DNA of 64,000 nt. Source: an uncultured Solibacteraceae bacterium (lineage in GTDB: Bacteria; Acidobacteriota; Terriglobia; Bryobacterales; Bryobacteraceae). Made by a program: the position numbers and the translations under genes. Location: NCBI GenBank assembly GCA_964471915.1, contig CAYYID010000007.1, forward strand, positions 35,567 to 99,566. Direction: 5' to 3'. The notes under the pieces are model-generated. The model did not search any database and was not told the origin of the DNA. It worked only from the letters and a program-made list of their open reading frames with translations. Shown here in pieces: positions 31,439 through 39,019 of the stretch. How positions within the stretch are numbered: position 1 is the first letter of the stretch; the number at the start of each line of letters is the position of its first letter.

Positions 31439-32572
31439 TTACTGCTTTTCCTCGCCCAGCGTGACCAGGCGGTTCAGCAGCGTGTCGAAGCCGCCGTGGA
31501 TGGTGATCTTATCCACCTTCTCGGCGACCTTTTCGAGCGTCTCCAGCTCCTTCAACCGCACCAGGAGCGGGTTCTCTTCGAGCAGCCGCGCGGTGTTCAG
31601 CAGCGAACGGGTCGCCGCCGTCTCCTCGCGCCGGCGGATCAGGTTGGCCTGCGCCTCCTTTTCCGCCGTCACTACCCGGTTGAGGATCTCGCGGACTTCG
31701 CCCGGCAGCACGATGTCCTTGATGGCCATCGCCGCCAGACGAACCCCGAGCGCTTCGGCCTCGGCACGCACCACCGACGCCACCGCCGCGTCGATGTCCG
31801 TCTTCTCGGCCAGCACTTCCTCGAGCGTCCGCCGCCCCAGCGACTGGCGAACCGCCAGCTGCACGGCACGGTAGAGGTGCTCGGCGAAATCCTTCACGCT
31901 CGTCTTGGCCCGCACGGCGTCCACCACCTGGTACTCGGCCCAGATGTTGACGCGCAGGGAGACCTTATCCCGGGTCAGGATCTCCTGACCCGGGATCTCC
32001 AGCGCCTGCACGCGGAGGTCGACCACCTCCACGCGCGGCGTGGCCGCCGTGTTCCAGAAGGCGTGCGTTCCCGGCTCGAGCAGCCGCACGAAGCGGTTGT
32101 CGAGGTACAGCAACGCGGCCTTCCCTTCCTCCACGGCCGTGAACGACGCGTTCGCCTCCCGCCCCAAACGGGACAGGGGCATCACGAGGTCCGGCGGCAC
32201 GGCCGGCTGCTCCCGCGCGTCGATCACCTCGGCGGTCACTTCTACCGGGCCGCGCCAGAACAGCACGCGGCTCGCCGGTCCGATGACCCGCGCGAGCTTC
32301 CCGTCGAAGCGCACGATGGCGACTTCGCGGTCGCCCGTCTCCACCTTGGTGAAGTACGGGGCGACCTGGTCCCAGGCATCCTTGGCTAGGGCATCGGTCC
32401 ACTCGCTCACGAGAATGACCTCGCGAACGGTGTGGCGCTCGACTTCGATTTTGCGCCCGAACAGCACGTGCTCGCCCGGTCCGAGGATCCGGTCGAAACG
32501 CCGCTTGCGGGTGAGAATGGCGCGCTCCCGGTCGCCCAGCAGCACGCGCTTGTAGAACAGCATGGCAGTCAC
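31439..32572 (-). CDS. SPFH/Band-7 (stomatin/flotillin-like) domain protein
   Basis: SPFH core (LTRDKVSLRVNIWAEYQV...LGVRLAAMAIKDIVLPGEV) followed by a coiled-coil C-terminus. GTG at 32572; ATG at 32563. Confidence 0.8.
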   Translation of the reverse strand: MTAMLFYKRVLLGDRERAILTRKRRFDRILGPGEHVLFGRKIEVERHTVREVILVSEWTDALAKDAWDQVAPYFTKVETGDREVAIVRFDGKLARVIGPASRVLFWRGPVEVTAEVIDAREQPAVPPDLVMPLSRLGREANASFTAVEEGKAALLYLDNRFVRLLEPGTHAFWNTAATPRVEVVDLRVQALEIPGQEILTRDKVSLRVNIWAEYQVVDAVRAKTSVKDFAEHLYRAVQLAVRQSLGRRTLEEVLAEKTDIDAAVASVVRAEAEALGVRLAAMAIKDIVLPGEVREILNRVVTAEKEAQANLIRRREETAATRSLLNTARLLEENPLLVRLKELETLEKVAEKVDKITIHGGFDTLLNRLVTLGEEKQ

Positions 32573-32863
32573 CTCCCTTCGTGTTTTCCATGCTTAGCGA
32601 ACATCTCTTCGATCAGCTCCCCGGGCCCCGCTCCAACACTCTCCAGACGGACCTCTCCTAGAGCCGCCAGACGATTTCCTCTGCGCGCCGATTTCTCATG
32701 AATTCACGCGAATATCTTTTCGATACCTACGTGATTCGCGGATCACAGCGCGCGCCGGAAACAATCCCGGACGGCGGTTTCAGTGGAGGTGCAGAGCCCG
32801 GAAGGCGTTGCTTTCGGCCGGCTGGCCTACGGCAGGAACGGAGCCCGGATCGCTTCAGTTGGT

Positions 32864-32943
32864 TGGCGTGATAACGGGATTCGAACCCGTAACCCACAGA
32901 GTGACAGTCTGTTGCTCTACCCTTGAGCTATATCCGAGGCGGG
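32864..32943 (-). tRNA. tRNA-like element (possible tRNA pseudogene), anticodon loop CTGTCAC (GTC)
   Basis: On the minus strand the D-arm GCTC-AAGGGTA-GAGC, anticodon stem ACAGA/TCTGT and T-arm ACGGG-TTCGAAT-CCCGT are perfect, but the acceptor halves TCGGATA / TATCACG pair at only 4-5 of 7 positions. Confidence 0.35.
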
Positions 32944-33094
32944 AAAAATCTCCGGCGATCCCCGGCATGCGGTGGCACAATGTGTCCGCACCAGCGAGGC
33001 GTTTGGAACCCCGGCTTGTGGTGATCGTCGGCATAGACATCTTCTCCCTGGGTTAGTATGCCAGATCGGGAGAAATTGTCAATATTCCGGATAA

Positions 33095-33952
33095 TTAAGC
33101 TTGATTGAGAAGACTCGTGACCGACGGGCTCGAGGCGACGCGCGCGGCGAGCATCTCGAACTCGGGCTCGTCGCGCGGCGGACGAAAGAGTCCGATCTCG
33201 CGCTCCAGGTCCGCGGCGCCTTTCGCCACGGGCACGCGGACGTAGCGGCTGGTCTGGTCGTAGACGCCGTAGACCACTTCCAGGCGCTGCGGGTCGTCGA
33301 GTTCCATCTGCAGGCGGAACGCCTGCCAGGCCGCGTTCAAGGCCACCGCGCATTCGATCAACGCGGGGCGATAGCCGGGCTTCTGCTCCACCGGGAGGCC
33401 GTGCGCGTTCTTCAGGCCGAGGGCGGCGGCGCGCACGGAGACCTGGAGTTTGTCGAGAATCGCGGCCAGCGGGGCATCGGTGGCGACGCGCAGATGGCTG
33501 CGCGAATCGAGAAACACGTCCACCGCGTTGGCCAGGGCGCCGCAGCGCGAGTGTCCCAACACCACCGCGAGGCACATCGATGGAAAGCGCCGCGCCGCGT
33601 AGCGCACGCTGCCGACACACTCCGGGGCCAGGACGTTGCCGGCCAGGCGCGTTACGAACAGGTCGTTGGCGCCCTGCAGGAAGACGAGTTCCGTGGGGAC
33701 GCGCGAGTCGGAGCAGCCGAGCACGGCCGCGAAGGGCTCCTGGTTGACGGCCCTGTCGTCTTCGCCGATGGCGAGGTCGCTGAGATCGATCGGCACGATG
33801 TGGCGCAAGGAGGCGCCGGGGCTGGTGCCGGTGGCCAGCCGCGCGAAGTCGCGATTGCCGTCCAGCAGGATGCGGCGCGCCTGCGCGGCGTCGCGCGGCT
33901 GGATGTCCGGGTTGGGCGCCGCCGGGTCGTAGCGGAAGATGATCTCGATCAC
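33095..33952 (-). CDS. beta-class carbonic anhydrase
   Basis: CSDSRV and VLGHSRCGA zinc-ligand motifs; GTG start. Confidence 0.85.
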   Translation of the reverse strand: MIEIIFRYDPAAPNPDIQPRDAAQARRILLDGNRDFARLATGTSPGASLRHIVPIDLSDLAIGEDDRAVNQEPFAAVLGCSDSRVPTELVFLQGANDLFVTRLAGNVLAPECVGSVRYAARRFPSMCLAVVLGHSRCGALANAVDVFLDSRSHLRVATDAPLAAILDKLQVSVRAAALGLKNAHGLPVEQKPGYRPALIECAVALNAAWQAFRLQMELDDPQRLEVVYGVYDQTSRYVRVPVAKGAADLEREIGLFRPPRDEPEFEMLAARVASSPSVTSLLNQA

Positions 33953-34039
33953 CCGGAAAGTCTATCGGAGTTGACGGCCCCGTGCGGCGCCGGATTCCCG
34001 GCGTGCAGAGACACTACGGCTGTACGGTTCGCGAGGGCG

Positions 34040-34066
34040 CCGGATCGATGTTGCGCATCGATCCGG
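34040..34066. promoter_or_regulatory. perfect inverted repeat CCGGATCGATG-TTGCG-CATCGATCCGG (11-bp stem)
   Basis: Read directly; lies in the 660-bp non-coding gap upstream of the carbonic anhydrase gene. Confidence 0.5.
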
Positions 34067-34192
34067 CGGGTGCAGTTTCTTGTCGCGAGTTTTGGCTTAC
34101 TAGCGCGGCGTTGCGTGCCGCCGTTCGGCCGGACCCGCTATTTCCGTTTGGCTCCGGAGGAGTGATCTCCGAAGGTCGGAAAAGGCGACTCG

Positions 34193-34210
34193 ACAAGATC
34201 CGGATCTTGT
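34193..34210. promoter_or_regulatory. 18-bp perfect palindrome ACAAGATCCGGATCTTGT
   Basis: Read directly; candidate dimeric-regulator operator or RNA hairpin. Confidence 0.5.
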
Positions 34211-34610
34211 TCCCTCACCTGGAGAGAACACCGTTTTGCTAAGAACCCCCAGTCCGAGGCCCGACATCTGCTTTGCTACGGCAGCGTCCCCCACGAGGGG
34301 AGTACTTCCGGGCACGAACCGGCGAACGCGGATGGCCATCCACGACTAACTTGTAGCATGCGGGTGCAAGAAATCCGGAGCGGCGATTTCGGTAAGTGTT
34401 TGAAACAAGGGGGACTCTTGATGTCGCGGGGGCTGTGATTGGTTGGGGGCCTGCCGCTTGCTGACGCGCGCGGCCCAGTTGTGTGCACGGCGCGACTTTG
34501 GCCCCCGCCTACCGGCGGGGCTCACGGGTTGTCCGATGTGCCCGTAGGGACAGGGTGCCGGTTCCCGCGCGCCACTGAGTTCCCGCCGGTGGGGGCTTCG
34601 GCCCGTTCCG

Positions 34611-35336
34611 CTACGGGGCGGCCTTGAAGAAGAAAATGTGCTGCCGGGGGAGCACACGCGAGATCCGCTCCAACTGGTAGCCTTCCGCTTCCAGCTCCGC
34701 CCGCACTTCTTCGACGCTCATCTTGTGCTCAAACCGAATGGGGACCGCCGGATCCTCCTTGCGGTACTCCACGAGCACCAGGCGTCCGCCGGGTTTCAGC
34801 GCCTCCTTCATGCGGGCCAGCATCTTTTGGGGCTGCGAAAACTCGTGATAGACATCCACGAGCAGGATGTAGTCGCAGGAGGCCGGCGGGAGCCTCGGGT
34901 CGTCGAAGGCGCCCAGTACAGGCTCGACATTACGGATTTTCAACTGCGTAAGCCGCTGCCGCAGCAGTTCCAGCATTCCAGGCTGAATATCCGTCGCAAA
35001 CACCTTGCCCTCTTTGCCGACCTTACGGGCCATGCGTTCGGCGAAATACCCGGCGCCGGTTCCAACATCGGCCACCACCATGCCCGGACGCAAGTTCATC
35101 TCGTCGAGCACCTTCCCGGGCTCCTCCTCCAATTCGCGTTCCGGGCGTACCAGCCAGTCTGCGCCCCCTACTCCCATTACCTGCGCGTAGCGGCGGCCCG
35201 TGACCGGATGGCGATCCTGGGCCCAGATCACGCCAATCTGGGTCCAAAAAACCAAGCCGATCAGGCAAAACAGGCATTGCCTTGCTCCCCGGCGGCGTAT
35301 ACTGTCAATAAGTGAAAGTACTTTTGGGGTATTCAT
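34611..35336 (-). CDS. class I SAM-dependent methyltransferase with N-terminal signal peptide
   Basis: VADVGTGAGYF motif I. The ATG at 35336 gives MNTPKVLSLIDSIRRRGARQCLFCLIGLVFWTQIGVIWA (signal-like); the ORF track extends to 35408. Confidence 0.75.
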   Translation of the reverse strand: MNTPKVLSLIDSIRRRGARQCLFCLIGLVFWTQIGVIWAQDRHPVTGRRYAQVMGVGGADWLVRPERELEEEPGKVLDEMNLRPGMVVADVGTGAGYFAERMARKVGKEGKVFATDIQPGMLELLRQRLTQLKIRNVEPVLGAFDDPRLPPASCDYILLVDVYHEFSQPQKMLARMKEALKPGGRLVLVEYRKEDPAVPIRFEHKMSVEEVRAELEAEGYQLERISRVLPRQHIFFFKAAP

Positions 35337-35895
35337 GAGAAACTTTGCGAAGCGGGTACACATATGGCTGTGCGCGGTCCTGGTGCTGGCCGGGTGCGGA
35401 TCCGGCAAGCCGCCGCTGCGGCCCGAGTATCAGGTAGGCGAGAAAGTTCCGTTGGGGACACTCACTTACACGGTGCTGGATAGCGCGTGGCGAAGTCAAC
35501 TGGGCGAGGCCGGCCGTCCCCGCTACCCCGAGCACCGGTTCCTGCTGGTGGCCGTCAGCATCCAGAACACGGGATCGGCGGAAGCGACGGTGCCGCCGTT
35601 CGTCGTCGTGGGCTCCTCGGACCAGGAGGTGAAGGAGTCGCAGAGCGGCGAAGGCGTGGAGCGGTGGTTGGGGTTGATCCGGACCGTTAGCCCGAAGCAG
35701 ACAGCGGAAGGCTACGTCCTGTTCGACGCGCCGTTGGGGACCTACCGGCTGAAACTGGCGGAGAGCAGCGATTCGGGCGAGGAACGCCACACTTTTGTGA
35801 CGATTCCCGCGCGGATCGACGTGGAAGCGCCCTTGACTCCCCCGATCGCGCCGCCGGCGGCGCCCACCCCGGCGCCCGCGCGACCCGTAAAATAG
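35335..35895 (+). CDS. lipoprotein, Pro-rich C-terminus
   Basis: MRNFAKRVHIWLCAVLVLAGC lipobox. The start codon overlaps the divergent methyltransferase start by 2 nt (tcATGa). Confidence 0.7.
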   Translation: MRNFAKRVHIWLCAVLVLAGCGSGKPPLRPEYQVGEKVPLGTLTYTVLDSAWRSQLGEAGRPRYPEHRFLLVAVSIQNTGSAEATVPPFVVVGSSDQEVKESQSGEGVERWLGLIRTVSPKQTAEGYVLFDAPLGTYRLKLAESSDSGEERHTFVTIPARIDVEAPLTPPIAPPAAPTPAPARPVK

Positions 35896-35899
35896 AGGC

Positions 35900-36769
35900 A
35901 TGAACGTCAAGCCGTGGGTGCTGGCCGCGCTGGCCGCCGCGGTGGAATGCGGCACGCTGAGCGCGCAGCCGCGACCGTCCGGGCCGGCACTGCAGGTGGA
36001 GAACCTCCTGGTGCTGCCGTTCGAGGACGCACCGCCTTCGGCAGCCGGGCAGGTGTTCCTGACGGGAACACAAGCCTATGTGCGCTTCGAGATCCGCGGC
36101 TACAAGAAGATCGAGAAGAACGACGACGAATTCGTGCAACTGGCCTGGGAGATGGAGATCACGGACCCGGCCGGCGTGCCGATTGTCGAGTCGAAGAAGG
36201 GCAAGATCGCCAAGCAGATCTTCCCGGAGGACAAGGCGTGGAAGCCGATTGTGCGGCAGGAGGCCCTCGTGCCGCCGCTCGGCCCTTCGGGCGAGTACCG
36301 GGTCCGCGTGAAGGTCCGGGACGATTACGCGACCGCGGAGACCCAGACATCGGCGGCCTTCACGGTGCGGGGCCGGGATGTGGAGCCGAGCGCGACGCTG
36401 GCCGTCCGCAACTTCCGGTTTCTGCGCAGCGAGGCGGATCGGGCGCCGCTGGTGGACGCAGTGTACGCCCGGGGATCGACGCTCTGGGCGCGCTTCGACA
36501 TGACCGGTTACAAACTCGGCGAGGGGAACCGCTACGACGTGGACTACGCGATCACGATCCTGGACGGCGCGGGCAAGGAGCTGTACACGCAGCCGGATCC
36601 CGCGGTGGAGAGCGGACAGAGCTTCTATCCACGGCGGTATACGCCGGGGGCGCTGAGCTTGAACATCGACCGGGAAACGCTGGCGGGCAAGTACACGCTG
36701 GTGCTCAACGTTAAGGACCGGATCGGCGGGCAGACCGCGCAATGGCGGCAGGGTTTCGGCGTCGAGTAG
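35900..36769 (+). CDS. secreted protein with two tandem ~110-aa domains of unknown function
   Basis: Signal peptide, then an internal duplication (YVRFEIRGYKK... / WARFDMTGYKLG...). Starts 4 nt after the lipoprotein stop. Confidence 0.65.
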   Translation: MNVKPWVLAALAAAVECGTLSAQPRPSGPALQVENLLVLPFEDAPPSAAGQVFLTGTQAYVRFEIRGYKKIEKNDDEFVQLAWEMEITDPAGVPIVESKKGKIAKQIFPEDKAWKPIVRQEALVPPLGPSGEYRVRVKVRDDYATAETQTSAAFTVRGRDVEPSATLAVRNFRFLRSEADRAPLVDAVYARGSTLWARFDMTGYKLGEGNRYDVDYAITILDGAGKELYTQPDPAVESGQSFYPRRYTPGALSLNIDRETLAGKYTLVLNVKDRIGGQTAQWRQGFGVE

Positions 36770-36772
36770 GGA

Positions 36773-37033
36773 TTAGTTCTGCTTGCCGCGGACCATCTGA
36801 TCGACAACCGAGACCAGGGCGTTCAGTTTGTCGCCGATCTCGACGAGCAACTGGTCCATCTGCTGCTGACGCGAGGCGATCTGCGCTTGCCCCTGGACGG
36901 TCAGCCCGATCAGGCCGAGGCTCTCTTGTTGGGTGCGAGCTAACGCTTCCTGATTGTCCGCGAGGAGTTCGACGACTCCGGTGAGACGCCCCAGATTCGC
37001 CTCCAGGCGATCCAGGCGCTGTTCGAGCTGCAT
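36773..37033 (-). CDS. small coiled-coil protein (86 aa)
   Basis: MQLEQRLDRLEANLGRL... heptad-like. GGAG 6 nt upstream of the ATG at 37033. Last gene of the minus-strand operon. Confidence 0.5.
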   Translation of the reverse strand: MQLEQRLDRLEANLGRLTGVVELLADNQEALARTQQESLGLIGLTVQGQAQIASRQQQMDQLLVEIGDKLNALVSVVDQMVRGKQN

Positions 37034-37058
37034 ATCTCCAAGATAAGGGAAACCGCCG

Positions 37059-38282
37059 TCAGAAGCTATACCGGATGGCAAGCGTCGCGTTCGAGTTCCG
37101 CCGGTATTGCCCGATGAAATCCTCGGGGTTGCCGCGGAGCCACGCGACCCCCGCGGTGACGCGCCAGTGCTGGCCGAAGGTCTGCGAGAACTCGCCGCGC
37201 AGCCAGCTCGCCTTCGTGCGGACCACGGCATCGAAGTTGAGGTTGCGCGTGGGTCCGAGCGTGTAGCCCGCGTGTCCCACGAACGAGCGGGCAAAGCCCC
37301 GGTCGGGCGCGAACTGCTGCTGCTGTTGGGGTCCGCCGGCGGACCGCGTTACCGCCTCACCGGCGTAGCCGCCCACGAAGACCCACTCGCCGACGGTCCG
37401 TTCGAGCTGGATGACATAGATCCAGAAGTCCTGGGTTTCGCGGGACGGCGCGGTGTACCAGCCGGCCTCACCCTTCACGGTGAACCAGCGGAGCGGCACG
37501 GCAACTTCGCCGCCGTACTGGCGCAGGCGCGGATAACGGCGTGTGACGTTCACGGAGAACTCCGGCCGCACGGCGATCTCCGGATCGAGCAGCGGCAGGT
37601 AGTTGCGGCCGTCGAAGAAGCTGAGCGCGAATTCGTAGCCTTTGCCGACGTGGTTCCAGCGGACGCCGGTCTGCGCGCCGCCGGGGTAACGGGCGCCGGC
37701 GTCGCGGAGCGGGATTTCGCGCAGTTCCTCCGGGATCACCACCCAGCGCTGGTTCAGCAGCGGCGCGCGCGCCGGCGTGAAGCGCGGCTGGAACACGATG
37801 TCGACGGTGTCAGACTTGCGCTCCCACGTGAGACGCGCGGCGTTAACGCCGATGAGGTCGGAGTCGAAGACGTTCAGGAAGTCCTTGGGCGCGAAGCGGT
37901 CCGTCGGGTTCAGGATGTCGGCCTTGCCCCAGCGGATGAACTGGCGGCCAAGTTCGAGGGTCCAGGGACCCTTGTTGAGGGTCGCCGAGAAGCGGCGGGC
38001 AGAGAACGCCGGGCGCAGGGTCTGGCGGCCGTCCCAGTCGACCGCGGCGTCGCGAGCCACCTGCCGGTGCGAATCCGAGCGGGCATCGAAGGCGCCGGAG
38101 AGCTTCAGCCAGGGCTTGGCGCGCCAGGTGCCTTCGTAGCGGAAGAGCAGTTCGCTGGTGACGTTGCCCGAGTCGTTGAACGCGTCCTGGGGATAGAAGT
38201 AGTTGCGTGTTTCGACGAAGCCGCGCTGTTCGTACACTTGCGCGGCGAGGGGCACGGCCAGCACGAAGGCCAGGCGCGTCAT
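37059..38282 (-). CDS. outer-membrane beta-barrel protein (unknown family)
   Basis: Signal peptide MTRLAFVLAVPLAAQ; alternating amphipathic strands; C-terminal ...AIRYSF. The start overlaps the upstream stop (ATGA). Confidence 0.65.
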   Translation of the reverse strand: MTRLAFVLAVPLAAQVYEQRGFVETRNYFYPQDAFNDSGNVTSELLFRYEGTWRAKPWLKLSGAFDARSDSHRQVARDAAVDWDGRQTLRPAFSARRFSATLNKGPWTLELGRQFIRWGKADILNPTDRFAPKDFLNVFDSDLIGVNAARLTWERKSDTVDIVFQPRFTPARAPLLNQRWVVIPEELREIPLRDAGARYPGGAQTGVRWNHVGKGYEFALSFFDGRNYLPLLDPEIAVRPEFSVNVTRRYPRLRQYGGEVAVPLRWFTVKGEAGWYTAPSRETQDFWIYVIQLERTVGEWVFVGGYAGEAVTRSAGGPQQQQQFAPDRGFARSFVGHAGYTLGPTRNLNFDAVVRTKASWLRGEFSQTFGQHWRVTAGVAWLRGNPEDFIGQYRRNSNATLAIRYSF

Positions 38283-39019
38283 GACTTACGGCGCAGCGCC
38301 TGCAGCGTGAAGTTCTCTTCCGGCACCGGGACGTTGTACTGCAGCTTCTCGAGCTTCAGCACGGTGCGCGAATCGCGCGTGACGTCGTGGATTTCGGTGG
38401 TCTTCGCGGTCCAGATGTTGGCGTTCTTCTCGAAGTCGCGGTAGGCGATCCGGCGCACCAGGCCCTTCTTATTGAAGCTCTCGACCTTGCGGATCGTGTA
38501 ATCGTCCTTGCGGATCCACAACAGCGACCGCGTGTATTGCGACGCTTTGCGCGGCTTGGACTCGAGACGCCAGCAGGCGCCGCCGTCGAGCGCTTCTTCG
38601 CCGTCGATCCGGTAATCGAACTGCGCGACGTCGCGCTCTTCGAGGTCCTCGTAACTGAAGTCGGTGCCGAAGAAACGCGTGGAGCGGTCCTGCAAGGCGA
38701 TCCGCTGGTCGCGCTCGATGGCGGGGCGCCACATCCACTGGTCGCTCGCGCGGTCCGGGTGGTTGTGGATCAGCAGCGCGATGCCTTTCACTTCGGGCGG
38801 ATCCACGAAGCGCAGAAGCGACTTCGACTCGCCGAACGAACCGAGGCGCTCGAAGGTCCAGCGCTTGGTGGCGACCTTGCGCTTGGCGTCCGACACCTCG
38901 AGCGTGCCTTCGTAGCGCTGGGAACTGGCGCGGGATCGCTTTTGCACCTCTTCGATAATCTGGCGCGGATCCTGCGCGGCGAGGGGCAGCGCGGCGAGCA
39001 TCCAGACGAGCTTATTCAT
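38279..39019 (-). CDS. LolA-like outer-membrane lipoprotein-sorting family protein
   Basis: Signal peptide; about 220-aa beta-rich protein resembling LolA-like 'outer membrane lipoprotein-sorting' proteins. Overlaps the permease stop by 8 nt. Confidence 0.65.
   Translation of the reverse strand: MNKLVWMLAALPLAAQDPRQIIEEVQKRSRASSQRYEGTLEVSDAKRKVATKRWTFERLGSFGESKSLLRFVDPPEVKGIALLIHNHPDRASDQWMWRPAIERDQRIALQDRSTRFFGTDFSYEDLEERDVAQFDYRIDGEEALDGGACWRLESKPRKASQYTRSLLWIRKDDYTIRKVESFNKKGLVRRIAYRDFEKNANIWTAKTTEIHDVTRDSRTVLKLEKLQYNVPVPEENFTLQALRRKS

Noticed and set aside
34520-34570. RNase P RNA-like P4-region motif (GTCCG...TAGGGACAGGGTGCCGG) on the plus strand
   Set aside because: Several universally conserved positions differ, and a full-length RNase P RNA in this orientation would overlap about 240 nt of the well-supported methyltransferase CDS. 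Likely chance similarity, though the region is still flagged as structured.
33953-34610. tmRNA/SRP/6S candidates in the 660-bp gap
   Set aside because: No tRNA-like T-arm (GGTTCGA), no tag-reading frame ending ...AA-stop, and no SRP domain IV motif found by eye.
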